A stretch of DNA of 64,000 bases from Raja brachyura (lineage: Eukaryota): assembly GCA_963514005.1 (NCBI GenBank), contig OY740821.1:14384001-14448000 (forward strand), in the 5' to 3' direction. The notes beneath the pieces were generated by a model. That model did not search any database. It saw nothing but the letters and a program-made list of their open reading frames with translations, and was not told the DNA's origin. The translations under genes were made by a program, and so were the position numbers. Shown piece by piece: positions 26,356 to 38,133 of this stretch (position 1 is its first letter; each line of letters opens with the position of its first letter).

Positions 26356-27917
26356 TTAGTTGCCCGGCCAGCCTGACGACACCATGATTGTCGCGTGCCC
26401 GGCCATCCTCTTGTAGAGGTGGCTGGCTGCAGCAGAGGCTGATTCAAGGGGAGAGTCCGTGCCCGAGAGACCAGGGCAGCCTGCTTTGAACTCTGCCGTG
26501 AGTTGATGCCGCTTGCTGCTTAGTACAAAGTCGGGATTGCAGTTTCTTTAAAGAACCAGGTCACAATTCTAAGGCGGGGTGGATGTGGCTGGGTCACTGT
26601 GAAGAACTGAACTTAGTGTTTACATCATTCATACCAGGGGCTTTCCAACAAGGTTGCTTCTCTGGCTCTGCAATGTGATCCACAATGATCACACACTTTC
26701 CCGAGAGAAAAGCCATTCAAACCACCACCGTTCAGGATCGTTTTTAATCTTGCTTTCAAGAATGGATATATTTTACAACTTTAAACACTTGAAGCTGAGC
26801 ACATTTTGCCCCCATGATTCTGGATAGAATTCTGTCACGCATTGAAAGTTTGGTAGTTAAAATTGGCAAGAGGTGAACGAGCCTGTGAGACGTGTGGGAG
26901 AGGGGTCAGGCACTGTGATATATCCCAATATAACCATGTGTCTGAGTCTGTCACATCCAGATCCCACTCTGCTCCTTTCCACTGATGCCAACTACCGCAT
27001 GGCCTCAGACACTGTGAAGCTGTGCTGCCTTGAACTTTAAGATGGTTCTGAGGCTACCCAGTCATGCCAATGTTGACCCTTCCAAGTAGTCACGAGCTCC
27101 TCATTCCTTGAGTCTGGGCTGAACCCAAAACCCATTGCATTAATAATAAAAAATACTCGGTGCTCAGGGTATGGGTTGGTTCCTCCAACCCAGCATCGAG
27201 AATTTGTTTCAAGGAGACCTGATGTACAGTCGTGCTAGGCTTTCTATCAATGCACAGGCCAGTAAGACAATAATACAGCCAGCCAAGCAACATCCTGAGT
27301 GTAGGACATAATACCACCAGCCACCAAAAGATGGAGCAGGAGGAATTTAAGAGGTGATCGATTGAAAGGGAATTCTGAAGGTAGCAAGAGGGGAAGGATT
27401 TGGCGAGTGGGTTCTAGAGGAAAGAGATGAAATGCAAATCAGTAGTTGGCGAGGAGAGGGCAGGAAGGTAGAGCGGTGTTGGTATAAAGTCAGACGAGTG
27501 TGACAAACCGGAGCTGAACAAAGTTGTGGACGTGAGAGACCGGACCAATGTCCGTACCTCTCTCGCTAATCCTGGAATAGCTACGGACATCTGGGTACAA
27601 AATTGTTTTTGATAACTGGGCCACAGTCAGAGGCCGTTTGGGAAGCATCCCCTAGAATCTGCTGTTCCGGCCAGCGTTCTGTGAAAGAATCCAATCAGCT
27701 CCTTTGGGAACTATAAAGTGAACCATGCCTGGGTCCATGTACTTGGCCACTCAATATTACAGCGCGATTCATTCTCCAGTTTTAAAAACATCTGTCTGGC
27801 AAAAGTTGGGTAAAGCAACAGCTGTTGGCAATCCACGAGATTCTGCAAAACTGGTTGAAGAAACACTTTAAAATCTTTCAGAAGTTCCGAGATAGAGGTT
27901 TGTTTTGGTCTCCTTAC

Positions 27918-27982
27918 CAGTCTAAATGTGAGTGTCCTGTTCGAATGAGGGTCATCGATTAGTCTCTGCAGGTTGTTAGCCA
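27918..27982 (-). CDS. Kinase CCT exon (VANNLQRLIDDPHSNRTLTFRL)
   Basis: 65 nt, similar to OSR1 VAANLQKIVEEPQSNRSVTFKL. Confidence 0.93.
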
Positions 27983-28941
27983 CTAAAGAAACAACAGAAA
28001 GCAACGTTAGCAGGGATATCGTGTAAGTAGGAATTCAATCGCTGTGTTTGGGGACGTATGACAATAAAATACTCTTGAGCTAATGAATGGCTTGGAGTGG
28101 TCTAATGCCCTCTGTGCAGCGTATTCAGAAGCAGCAGGGAAGGGAAACTTAATCGTTCGATGCTGCTTGATTTGCATATTTTTTGCATATTTACGCATGC
28201 AGGCGGCGCCACTTCCAAAGTCCGGTCCGTCCACACGTTGTGTTACTGGACTGAACCCCCAATGTCCCGTAAAGGGGACTGCGAGCCCTCGGGCTCCAGT
28301 GATGTCTCGGCTCTCTGTCGTCAGGCAAGATCATCAGCAGGTTGACCTGCCTGTGATGGATATTTACACTCGCAACTCTGCAACACTTTGCTTGTGGGAG
28401 GTGAAAAGGCCATCGAGCACTGCACAGCTATTCTGAGCAAAGTTGTGCCACATTTTCTGACCCACTCTCACCTGGGGCACACCCAGGCCAACCGTTTGTT
28501 TCAATTGCTCAGTCACTGGGTGTGGGTGCTGTTGACAGACAGTGTTTACTCCCCATCCCTCATTAACTGGCTCGCTGCACCTTTTCAATTAGGAGTTGAT
28601 CACACTGCTCTGGGTCTGGAGTCACACATGGGTCAGATCATGAAGGTCTAAAGGACACAGGTAAAAACCCTCGGGTTATCTGGAGGCTGGTGGCTTCATT
28701 ATCGTTATTGAATGCCAATTTTCTTTACAAATAACAATTTACATTTCCCATCTGCTGTGGTGGGATCTGAACTCACTGCTCAGAAAATTATTAATTCAAT
28801 CCTCTGAATTACATGCCCAACTGGTCAAAGGGAGAATCTTCTTGCTCGCTAACATGGAGGTGCCAACACCAACATTATCCTGACTGTGGCTCTCGCCTAT
28901 ACATTCAGCTGTAAGTTGAATATGTTGCAATTGGGACTTAC

Positions 28942-29010
28942 CAACCAGCATGTCAAACTCGTCCACTAAACCTGCAGAGACAAGTTCCTGAGAAACGCCG
29001 ATGGCAGAGT
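28942..29010 (-). CDS. Kinase CCT exon (DSAIGVSQELVSAGLVDEFDMLV)
   Basis: 69 nt with the GVSQEL.SAGLVD signature. Confidence 0.94.
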
Positions 29011-29606
29011 CTGCAGGGACAGATGTTTGAAATGAGCTCCAGCATGAAACAGTGTGAAATAGTTTCTAGCACAAATTAGGACAGCAGCAGCCTGAAGCTC
29101 AAACTTGACAATCATAGTTCCGTGCAGCACAGGAACAGGCTCTTCAGCCCACCTTGTCCGCGCCAACCAAGTTGGCATTCTGCACTCGTGCCTTTTGCCT
29201 GGCCCCAATCCCTCTAAGTGTAAACCCTTCCTACCCGTATCTGTCCAAACGTCTGTTAAACGTCATAATTGTATGGCTTCTATCGCGTCCTCTGGCAGGT
29301 CCTTCCAGATATGGACTGCCCTCTGTGTGAACATTCAGTCTTTGTCCATTAGACATTAAGGTCAGAAATACCTTTGGTCCCTCTGCAGTTAATGCGAGCT
29401 GTTCTCAGAGTTGTCCACTGTTCCTAGAGAATAGTTTTTTTACTGTTCCCCGTCCCAGTTAGTCCTGCCCCATCACTAACCAAGACAACACGCGGCTGAC
29501 TTGGTGCCAGCGTAAGCAGACAGCGTGGTTCTAGAAATGAATGCTAACAAACATCAATTCTCCAGCATCTAGTTGCTAATTTAAAAAGGAACAAAGTGGG
29601 ACTTAC

Positions 29607-29659
29607 CCCTGCCTGGAGTGAACTCAAATCTGATGTCATTCAACTGCCTTTGTAAATTC
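29607..29659 (-). CDS. Kinase CCT exon (NLQRQLNDIRFEFTPGR)
   Basis: 53 nt with the LNDIRFEFTPGR signature. Confidence 0.95.
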
Positions 29660-29972
29660 CTGTGCAAACAGTTAATACAATATAAAATATTATATTGTTG
29701 AAAATCCTCCCCTTCTCCCAGTGCCCCTGTTAATGTCTCTCGCACATGGGAGAACATTCTTCCTCCCTGTACAAGATTCTCTCGGAGGATGACCTTGTCA
29801 ACCTCCTTCAACAGCAGAGATGCTCTCCCACCAACATGCAAGCCTCCGCAATGGTGCTGCAGGCATGGTGGCACCAAGTGACAGTTGCTCCATTGCAACA
29901 GCTCATTCCGGAGATGGCCATTGTGTGCAGGGAAGCTGCTAAGACATTGAGCAGGGGCTGGATGTTGCTTAC

Positions 29973-30040
29973 CTCAATCGTAGAACAAGGAGAATAGGTC
30001 CACCCTGGTTCATCAGATGTGATGAACTTCCCGACGGCCC
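29973..30040 (-). CDS. Kinase exon starting the CCT domain (GPSGSSSHLMNQGGPILLVLRLR)
   Basis: 68 nt. PI.LVLRLR matches the OSR1 CCT start. GTAAGC donor. Confidence 0.9.
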
Positions 30041-30389
30041 CTGGCAAAATCAAAACAGCAAATGTTAATTAGAACTGGTATTGATTTATCATTGTCAAGT
30101 GGACTGAGATCCACTTTTGGTCGAACTCCGAGCCAGAGAAGGGACTGACCAGCAGTGCTGCAGGGAGACTGGAGAAGCTGAGTTTGTTCAACTTGGAGCA
30201 GAGAATGCTAAAGAAGATTTGATGCTCAAAATTGAGGGATTTGGGTGGAGCAGACTGGGGAGAAACTACTGCCACTGACTGAATGACGATAACTGGTGCA
30301 GGCAAGATAATTATTTTTGTAATCTGGAGCACACTACCTCAAAGAGCCGTGGAAATAGATTCAATTAGAATTTTCAGATGGGAATTAGA

Positions 30390-30770
30390 TTCAAGAGAGT
30401 TTTTTGTCATGTGCCCCTGATAGGACAATGAAATTCTTGCTTTGCTTCAGCACAACAGAACATAGTAGGCATTGACTAAAAAACAGATCAGTGTGTCCAT
30501 ATACCATTATATAAATATATACACACATGAATAAATAAACTGATAAAGTGCAAATAACAGATAATGGGCTATTAATGTTCAGAGTTTTGTCCGAGCCAAG
30601 TTTAATAGCCTGATGGCTGTGGGGGAGTAGCTATTCCTGAACCTGGTTGTTGCAGTCTTCAGGCTCCTGTACCTTCTACCTGAAGGTAGCGGGGAGATGA
30701 GTGTGTGGCCAGGATGGTGTGGGTCCATGATGACACTGCCAGCCTTTCTGAGGCAGCGACTGCGATTGAC
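30390..30770 (-). mobile_element. L2-clade LINE 3' end
   Basis: AATAGCCTGATGGCTGTGGGG...CTATTCCTGAACCTGG, homologous in reverse to the C-terminal region at 63000-63130. Confidence 0.6.
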
Positions 30771-31414
30771 CTCCCTTCCATTGAGGGGATCTGAGCCGAT
30801 GGATCAAAAGTTGATCTATAGCTACTGACTCATCTCTCCTCCCCTGCTACTTTGTTTGGAAAACAAGCACCTGTGAACATCGACTTCCATCCCAGTTGTG
30901 ATGTTTCTGCACGCCGACAGTTCATCTCTCACACACAGGCCCTGGGGTGAGATAGTCCCTGTCACTGCTGAGCAGGAGCCTCAGCCAAGCATGGCATCCC
31001 ATGGAGCTAACCTCAGTAACGGCTTCAAGTAACTCTTGCTTTCCCTCTCTCTCCGTTCCTCCCCATCCTAGTTCTCGGACTAGTTTCACTGTCCTGACTA
31101 AATACTACCGATTGTTCGCCTTCCACACAGCCAACAATGAACCATTCTACATTTCTTGACCATAGTCTGCTTTGATCTGTCGTTTTCACACCTTGCCCTT
31201 CCATACCTCCAGTCTACCTCTCTCCTGACTCTCAGTATGAAGGGTCTCAAATCGAAACATCACCCATTCCCTTCTCTCCAGAGATGCTGCCTGTCCCACT
31301 GAGTTACTCCAGCATTTTGAATCTATCTTCAGTGATGTCAGCACGGACTGACTCAGTCTGCTGCCGACCCAGTGAGGTGCAGGCAAAAATGAGCGTTTTC
31401 ATAAGTATTTCTAC

Positions 31415-31456
31415 CTCAGAACTTTGTAAAATTGTGGCTGAGAGCAAATCCACTAC
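31415..31456 (-). CDS. Possible kinase linker exon (VVDLLSATILQSSE)
   Basis: 42 nt, phase 0-0, GACAG acceptor and GAG|GTAGAA donor. Positioned like the short linker exon of OSR1, but without strong similarity. Confidence 0.4.
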
Positions 31457-31539
31457 CTGTCATTTGACACCGTTCCTATAAAGTTTTTAAATAATGTTTT
31501 TAGCAGTTTATCCAGTTCTGTTCTTACAATTATAGCCAT

Positions 31540-31680
31540 CTCACTTGAGACTGGAATTTCCCCAGATACTTATAAAACCGCTGTGGTAAAGCCTCTGTTA
31601 AAGAAACCAAATTTAGACGGTGGACGACTGAGTAATTGCAGACCCCTTATCAAATCTACCCTCTATCAGCGAGATACTGG
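31540..31680 (+). mobile_element. L2/CR1-clade RT fragment
   Basis: Translates as YKTAVVKPLLKKPNLD....NCRP, a typical L2 RT N-terminal motif. Confidence 0.6.
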
Positions 31681-31684
31681 ACAA

Positions 31685-32033
31685 AGGGGGGATCTTATAA
31701 AAACGTACAAAATTCTTAAGGGGTTGGACAGGCTAGATGCAGGAAGATTGTTCCCGATGTTGGGGAGGTCCAGGACAAGGGGTCACAGTTTAAGGATAAG
31801 GGGGAAGTCTTTTAGGACCGAGATAAGAAAAACATTTTTCACACAGAGAGTGGTGAATCTCTGGAATTCACTGCCACAGAAGGTAGTTGAGGCCAGTTCA
31901 TTGGCTATATTTAAGATGGAGTTAGATGTGGCACTAGATACAGGATACTGTGTTGGATGATCAGCCATGTTCATATTGAATGGCGGTGCAGGCTCGAAGG
32001 GCCGAATGGCCTACTCCTGCACCTATTTTCTAT
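31685..32033 (+). mobile_element. Young CR1 LINE 3' end
   Basis: RGDLIKTYKILKGLDRLDAGRLFPMLG...VVNLWNSLPQK. Confidence 0.9.
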
Positions 32034-32153
32034 GTGAAGCTAATTCAGATTGGATTAAACAGGAGCTGTCAAGAAAGACTATATCTGATTTTCCTTCACT
32101 GGAAAGGGGAGGTTGTTTATCGCCAGCTGCAAGAAAGAGGCAGATGCACTCAC

Positions 32154-32276
32154 CGCTTTCTGATAGGCGGCAGGTTTTGGTTCATCGTATCCGTCACCCG
32201 ATTCATCGTCACTCCATTCCCAGCCTCCGTCCTCGGTTTTGTACAAGTGACCGCTCGACCCCTGCATGCGCATGGT
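32154..32276 (-). CDS. Kinase S-motif/WEW exon ([41 protein letters not shown])
   Basis: 123 nt with the [17 protein letters not shown] signature and a GTGAGT donor. Confidence 0.93.
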
Positions 32277-32624
32277 CTGCAGGCAATCACACAGTGCAGC
32301 TGCAAGGTTAGTCGGCAGCATTTTGATTTCCTGCCAAGACGACACTTCTTGCTGGCAAGTTTTCTCCTGCCTTCGTCTGAAGGCACCGATGGCCCGAGGG
32401 ACCCCGTTTTGTAAGCCCAGACACTGCCTATCATCCACAGCATCAGGAGCTCAACCCTGCCCCACTGTCTGTTTGCTATGGAGCGAAGGAAATAGGCAAT
32501 GTTTCGGCACGAAACGTTGTCTATTCCCTTCGCTCCATAGATGCTGCTGCACCCGCTGAGTTTCTCCAGCACTTTTGTCTACCTTCGATTTTCCAACATC
32601 TGCAGTTCCTTCTTAAACAATTCA

Positions 32625-33365
32625 TAGATCGGGGCATTGAATACGAGTCAGGAAGTCATGACCGAGCTTTGGTTCGGCTGCATTTGGAGTTTTGCGTGCA
32701 GTTCCTGTCACCCAGTTACAGGAAAGATGTGGAGCCTTTGGAGAGGGTGCAGAGAAGGTTTACCAGAATGATGCCTGGATTGTGAGGTGTTAGCTACAGG
32801 GAGAGGTTAGACAGACTTAGATTGTTTTCTCTGGAACGCCAGAGGTTGAGGGGAGTCCTGATATAAGTATATAAAATGATGAGAGGCGTAGGTAGGGTCA
32901 GCAGGCAGACTTTTCTTTTCTCTCAGGATGGAAAAAACCTCAAATATAGAGAGCATAACTCTCTAGCCCTTCAGTCTGAAGAAGGGTCTTGACCCGAAAC
33001 GTCACCCATTCCTTCTCTCCAGAGATGCTGCCTGTCCCACTGAGTTACTCCAGCATTTTATGTCTACCTTCGATTCAGACCAGCATCTGCAGTTCTTTCC
33101 TACACACAGAGAGCATAGCTTTAAGGTGAGAGGAGCAAAGTTTAAAGGAGATGTGCGGGCAAATTTTTTTTTGACACAAAGGATGGCGAGTGCCTGGAAT
33201 GCACTGCCGTGGTGGTCAGATACAATCGTGGCGTTTAGGAAACTTATGGACATGCAGGGGATGAAGGGGTGTAGATTACGTGCAGGCAATGAGTGGTCAG
33301 AGATGATCTTGGCCTCATGTTCAACACATTGTGGGCTGCAGGGCCTGTTCCTGTACTGTACCATT
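32625..33365 (+). mobile_element. CR1 LINE 3' fragment interrupted by a solo pLTR insert
   Basis: Decayed RT (..LERVQRRFTRMMPGL..., HSFKVRGAKFKGDVRANFF.TQRMASAWNALP). Confidence 0.8.
32961..33107 (+). mobile_element. Solo Penelope pLTR-derived element with an intact minimal hammerhead motif
   Basis: CTGAAGA AGGGTCTTGACCC GAAACGTC at 32976-33003, flanked by AGAGAGCATA(A/G)CT direct repeats. Confidence 0.75.
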
Positions 33366-34942
33366 CTTTGTTCTAGCCATCTGCCGTTGGACAGGAAAAG
33401 CATCGCTACTAAAGGGCAAGTTACTGAGGTGGGAAGTGGAGCTAGGAATACAAGTCATTTGAACTCTGTACGCTTGCCAGGATTCTCACCCCTCATCTTA
33501 CATCCACTGCCCTACTGCAAGTAACTAGTGAACATCTTGTGATTCAACAACATGCTACCTTTACCTCTGCTGTGAGGAGCTGAATGGGTTGGTCTACAAT
33601 GATAATTCTATCCTGATGAAGGTGGGGCAGCAGATCTGGAAACGATAGATGCTGGCACAGACTTAAGCTCGTTTTTAACTGATACCAAAGTGTGATCCTG
33701 TGAGAAACACGCGATACATCCACGAGGAATGAACAAAGTGCATTTCTACACCGTCGTTACATCAGTGAGAAACACGCTGTCCTTTATAAGTGTCGTTACT
33801 ATTGCTACGTAGACAATTGCAGCCAGAAATTTGCGCAAAGCATGATTATGATCTACAAACAGCAATGCAATGTGTGGTCAGGGATGGATGTTAGGCAAGA
33901 GAACAGCCCCATTTCTGTTACTGAATAATGCTGGCTGATATATTTTTTTAAACATCCACCTGGACAGGGTGATGGAGACAGGATTAATTTTGTATTCGAA
34001 TGATGGCATCTTTGACCTTGCCAGCCATTTGATGTGGAGCAGAGTGTGCTAAATGGTGCTTGCTTTGAGTCTGGGAAATCTGTTGCGAAAACTTGCACTG
34101 CCTCTGCTGGGTAATATTCTCTGACGCTTTTGGGAAATACAGACCTTTTTGCTAGGCCCGGGCTCACTCGCAGACTTTGGTATCGTGCCAGTAGCTTGCA
34201 CTGTGTTGTCAGCCTGCAAGAAGATAGAAGAAGTCTATTTGCGCCAGTGTATAGAGTGGGAAAGGCACGGATCGATGTGTCCCTCTGAGCAGTCCAGTGC
34301 CGCACCTAGGTCCCTCTTTACATGCCGTGTCTCTTTGCGCCTTGGCCCAAACTGCATGGATTTTTAGGCCTGATTTAAAATATTGCCTTTTCTCGCCTCA
34401 TCTCTGAGCACCATAAGCTTGAAATGAGACTAGTTGTCCAAGTGAAGCTGAAAAGCAAACGGTTTGCGTGCCATTGCCTGATGTAGACACTTTCCCAAGG
34501 GATTTTCCTGTGTTGTAGGTGACGAGGAACAAAGTAAGGCTTGAAGCACGATGAACAGATACATAATTAGATCCCAACAGCATGCCAGTGAACTGCTACG
34601 ACTTAGACTCCTTCGACTCCTTTATAATGTTCACTCCTTTATAAAGCATCAAGCAGTTCGTTACTCTTGCACTCCAATCAACAGCAGCTTGCTTTGGTTC
34701 GCCGACACCATACACAACCTTTGCAAACATCTGCCTTCTAAGTTTCCATTACCTCTTTAGTACTTTGTGTACCACTTTGCTCATCAGTGTGTTGCGTAAA
34801 CTACTGTATCCCCGGTCCACTGGCAGTGCTCAATTCAGGCAGGTTAACCAAACTTGAAGGCAGAGGTTTTTAGACACCAGAGTGCAAATGCAAATCTTCC
34901 CCCACCCCGAGCTTCCCAGAATGACCGACAAGCAGCCCTTAC

Positions 34943-35008
34943 CTTTGGGTCCCGTTGCCCTCTGCATTGTGGTTGTCCCAACAACTTCTCCATCAAATAA
35001 TCTTTATT
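34943..35008 (-). CDS. Kinase exon 10 (NKDYLMEKLLGQPQCRGQRDPK)
   Basis: 66 nt, phase 0-0. NK.YL.EKLL resembles the OSR1/SPAK segment after the kinase domain. Confidence 0.88.
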
Positions 35009-35835
35009 CTGAAACAAGGCAATGGGTTTTGCATAAATCCACAGCTATGGAGTCTTGGTTCAATTGAAAAAGCAACATGTATCCAGTGGGAGCAGGAAGA
35101 GGAAAGCAATTCTTTGCCAGGTTTGCACATTTGTATCACACAGTTCGACTCAGCCTCTACCCGGCTTGTCCTCATGCATCATCAGCCCCCCAGCGGAAGT
35201 GGTGCATGCCCAGCTAAAGAACGATCAGCTCTGCCACCCCACTGCCACTCTCCCTCTTCCGGTTTTCCACACTGCTCCCACAGATCAACTGGAAAATCAG
35301 CTCCAAAGGATCAGATAAAGCCCACTACAGTTTGGGATTGGGGCAAACACATGTATAGCAGGTTAATGGTTGGAAGGTGCTGATGTAAAGGCAGGTGCAT
35401 GAAAGTTCACAGGGGCTTTCCAAAAGGGATTGGATCATTACATTGAATAGTAAAATGACAGGACTTTGTGTACTGGCTGTGTTGCTGTGGTAGAGAGGAG
35501 AGCCAGGACTGGCACCATGGGCCAAATGGCCACCTCCTGCACTGTTACCATTGTATGATTGGAATCACCCAGGCTTCGGTGGTTACAAGCCAAGTGATGG
35601 AAAAGGGGGTTAATGTGGACGGGTCGGTATGGACACGGTGGCCAAATGGCCTGCTTGCGAGCTGTGTGTCTCTACAATTGTATAAGTGAAGAGTGTTTTG
35701 TTGAGAAGTGCAATGAGACCAGTAGTCTGGAATTCCATCTCGCGTGTAAATGGCTGGCATGGGCGTCACTGTTGCAACAGACTTTCGCCGCGGTTCATGC
35801 CACCGCTGGGTTATTCACTTTCCTCTCTCATTTAC

Positions 35836-35884
35836 CTTTGATTTCTGAAAGAATTTGTGCTTCAGCAGCTCTGCTGCAGTGGGC
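35836..35884 (-). CDS. Kinase exon 9 (PTAAELLKHKFFQKSK)
   Basis: 49 nt, TTTTACAG acceptor and GTAAAT donor. Confidence 0.92.
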
Positions 35885-36519
35885 CTGTAAAATAGAGTTT
35901 ACAGAGTGAGTTGGGCACGTTGAAAGCGGGGAGGAGGGGTCGAGGCATTGCGACGAACCGGCAGCCTGGCCGGGAAACCGAGGCCACATCAGGTAAACGT
36001 CAGACATCAGCAGCACACTTCCTCGTTTCTTTACCGCCTCGCGAGCCTCTACCCCGGTTTCTCCTGGTGGAGGGAGTTGGCTGCTGTCCCTTTGTGCTCC
36101 CTAGTCACACATGAGCAATGGGTGACATTGAAATGCAAACTGGACACCCAGTGTCCAAGCCCGACCTGTGGCATCAGTTAAACGCTGGCAGGACGGGACG
36201 CTTCTGTTCATGTGTAGCAGACGCTCCACATTCACCCACCCACCCACCCCCAGCCACAAGGTTTAGTAGCTGGCACATTTCCACCTTGTTATCCATACTT
36301 CACACACACACACACACAGCACTTGGTGCATCAGGCTGTTTCTTGCCGCAAGTTATTGGGGATTTGCGATCACTGTTCCCACCTCCTCGCCTGTTCCCAT
36401 GCTTCCTCATGACATGCAACCCCCAGCTTTAACTGGATGGCTCGTTATGGTTCATTCGTAGGCAAGAGCAGGAACAGGCACTCATCCTATCCTTCAATGT
36501 CAATATCCTTCAATGGGAT

Positions 36520-36795
36520 ACTGAGATACAGCAGGGAAACAGGCCCTTCAGCCCAGCGAGTCCGTGCCAACCAGCAATCACCTGAAAATACTAGTTCTAC
36601 GCTATCCCCCTTTCTCATCCACTTCCAACACACCAGGGGCAATTTGTAGAGGGCCAATTAACCTACTACAAATCCTCATGTCTTTGGGATATGGGAGGAA
36701 ACCCACGTGATCACAGGGAGAACTTGTGAACTCCACACAGACAGCACCTGAGGTTAGAATCGAACCTGGCACTGCGAGACAGCAGCTCTACCAGC
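36520..36795 (-). mobile_element. tRNA-derived SINE copy
   Basis: Similar along its length to the copy at 46456-46761. Confidence 0.75.
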
Positions 36796-36978
36796 TTGTG
36801 ATCACCTTTCTCTCTGCAGCTGGATTTCAGCCTTCGTCTTGAAGGCGGCACTAATATGTGTTGCCCCGAGTACGCGATCGGTCCGGGTCATGGCTTCAGC
36901 TGATCCCGAGCCCACAGCCCTGTCTCCTGGCCTACTTTCCTATTGCATTCTGTCTACGACCGACGTCTGTGAACACAC

Positions 36979-37112
36979 CTCTTTGTAGGGTCCTTCTGCA
37001 GGCACAGGGCAATCAGTTTACGGAAGGACTTGCCATACTTCTTAACCATCTCCTTGTCCTCTACACCCGTCTCGAGAATAGGGGGCTCGTTCTGGAGAGT
37101 CACCATCAGAAC
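36979..37112 (-). CDS. Kinase exon 8 ([45 protein letters not shown])
   Basis: 134 nt, AG/GT boundaries, matches OSR1/SPAK. Confidence 0.95.
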
Positions 37113-37837
37113 CTGGAGCCGGATTAAAGGAGAGACGAGTTGTAATGTGCACTGGGAGTGCTCTCCTACTGTAACCAAAACAGCACTGTACTCAAAACAT
37201 TCAAGCCGCCACCAACTGCTGTTTTATCATTCAACTCGGTTTCCATTTCTTGCAACCTTTTTTCCTTTAATCCGGTCCTAGCAACTAACAAAAAAAAAAA
37301 ATCAGCTCCATTCTGACATTGAAATAAACACAGCTTAGTTCAAATTCCATTGCAAATCAGTCACAGGCTTGGATCATGAAGTCAAATTGTAATCAGTTTG
37401 CATAAAATCGGAATTCTGAAATAGATTACTGGCTGATTGGACATTTGAGTTTTCGTTTTAAACAGGCAACTTAACACATTTTGTTTCCAGACAGTTGCCA
37501 ATTAAGTATTTAGGTGCGATGCTAAGGGTGCTATGAAGGTTAGATCTTGATTTACAATTCCCAGAAAACCCACAAACCTAGATTAGATTTATTTTGCAAG
37601 GAAAAATGTAACTCATCTGGTTCTGTGTCACTCCCGGTGATACAGGATTCTCTCCAGATAGGCAAAGTGCTGGAGTAACTCAGCGGGTCAGGCGGCATCT
37701 TCCCTCCAGAGATGCCACCTGACCCGCTGAGTTACTCCAGCACTTTGTGTCTCTTTTCGGTGTAAACCAGCGTCAGCAGTTCCTTCCGACACATTCTCTC
37801 CAGTTAACTTCTGAACATCCATCAAATGTGCAAGCTA

Positions 37838-37975
<138 letters not shown>

Positions 37976-38133
37976 TCAGGAGTTGGTCTGAGGCAACTGG
38001 AAACCATCTGAAAGGGGACTTGTGCAAAAGTAGTGTGCTCACCACAATGCTGACATCTGCTGGAAACTCAAGGAACTGCAGCTGCAGTTGCGGACTCGTG
38101 GAGTAGAAACAAGAACACAAAGTGCTGGAGTAT

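Noticed and set aside
30871-30941. Possible kinase linker exon on the - strand
   Set aside because: At 71 nt it breaks the phase between flanking exons, and the frame that would fit the donor contains a stop.
36118-36140. ORF starting MGDIE, like cytochrome c
   Set aside because: The similarity ends after five residues and there is no CxxCH motif.
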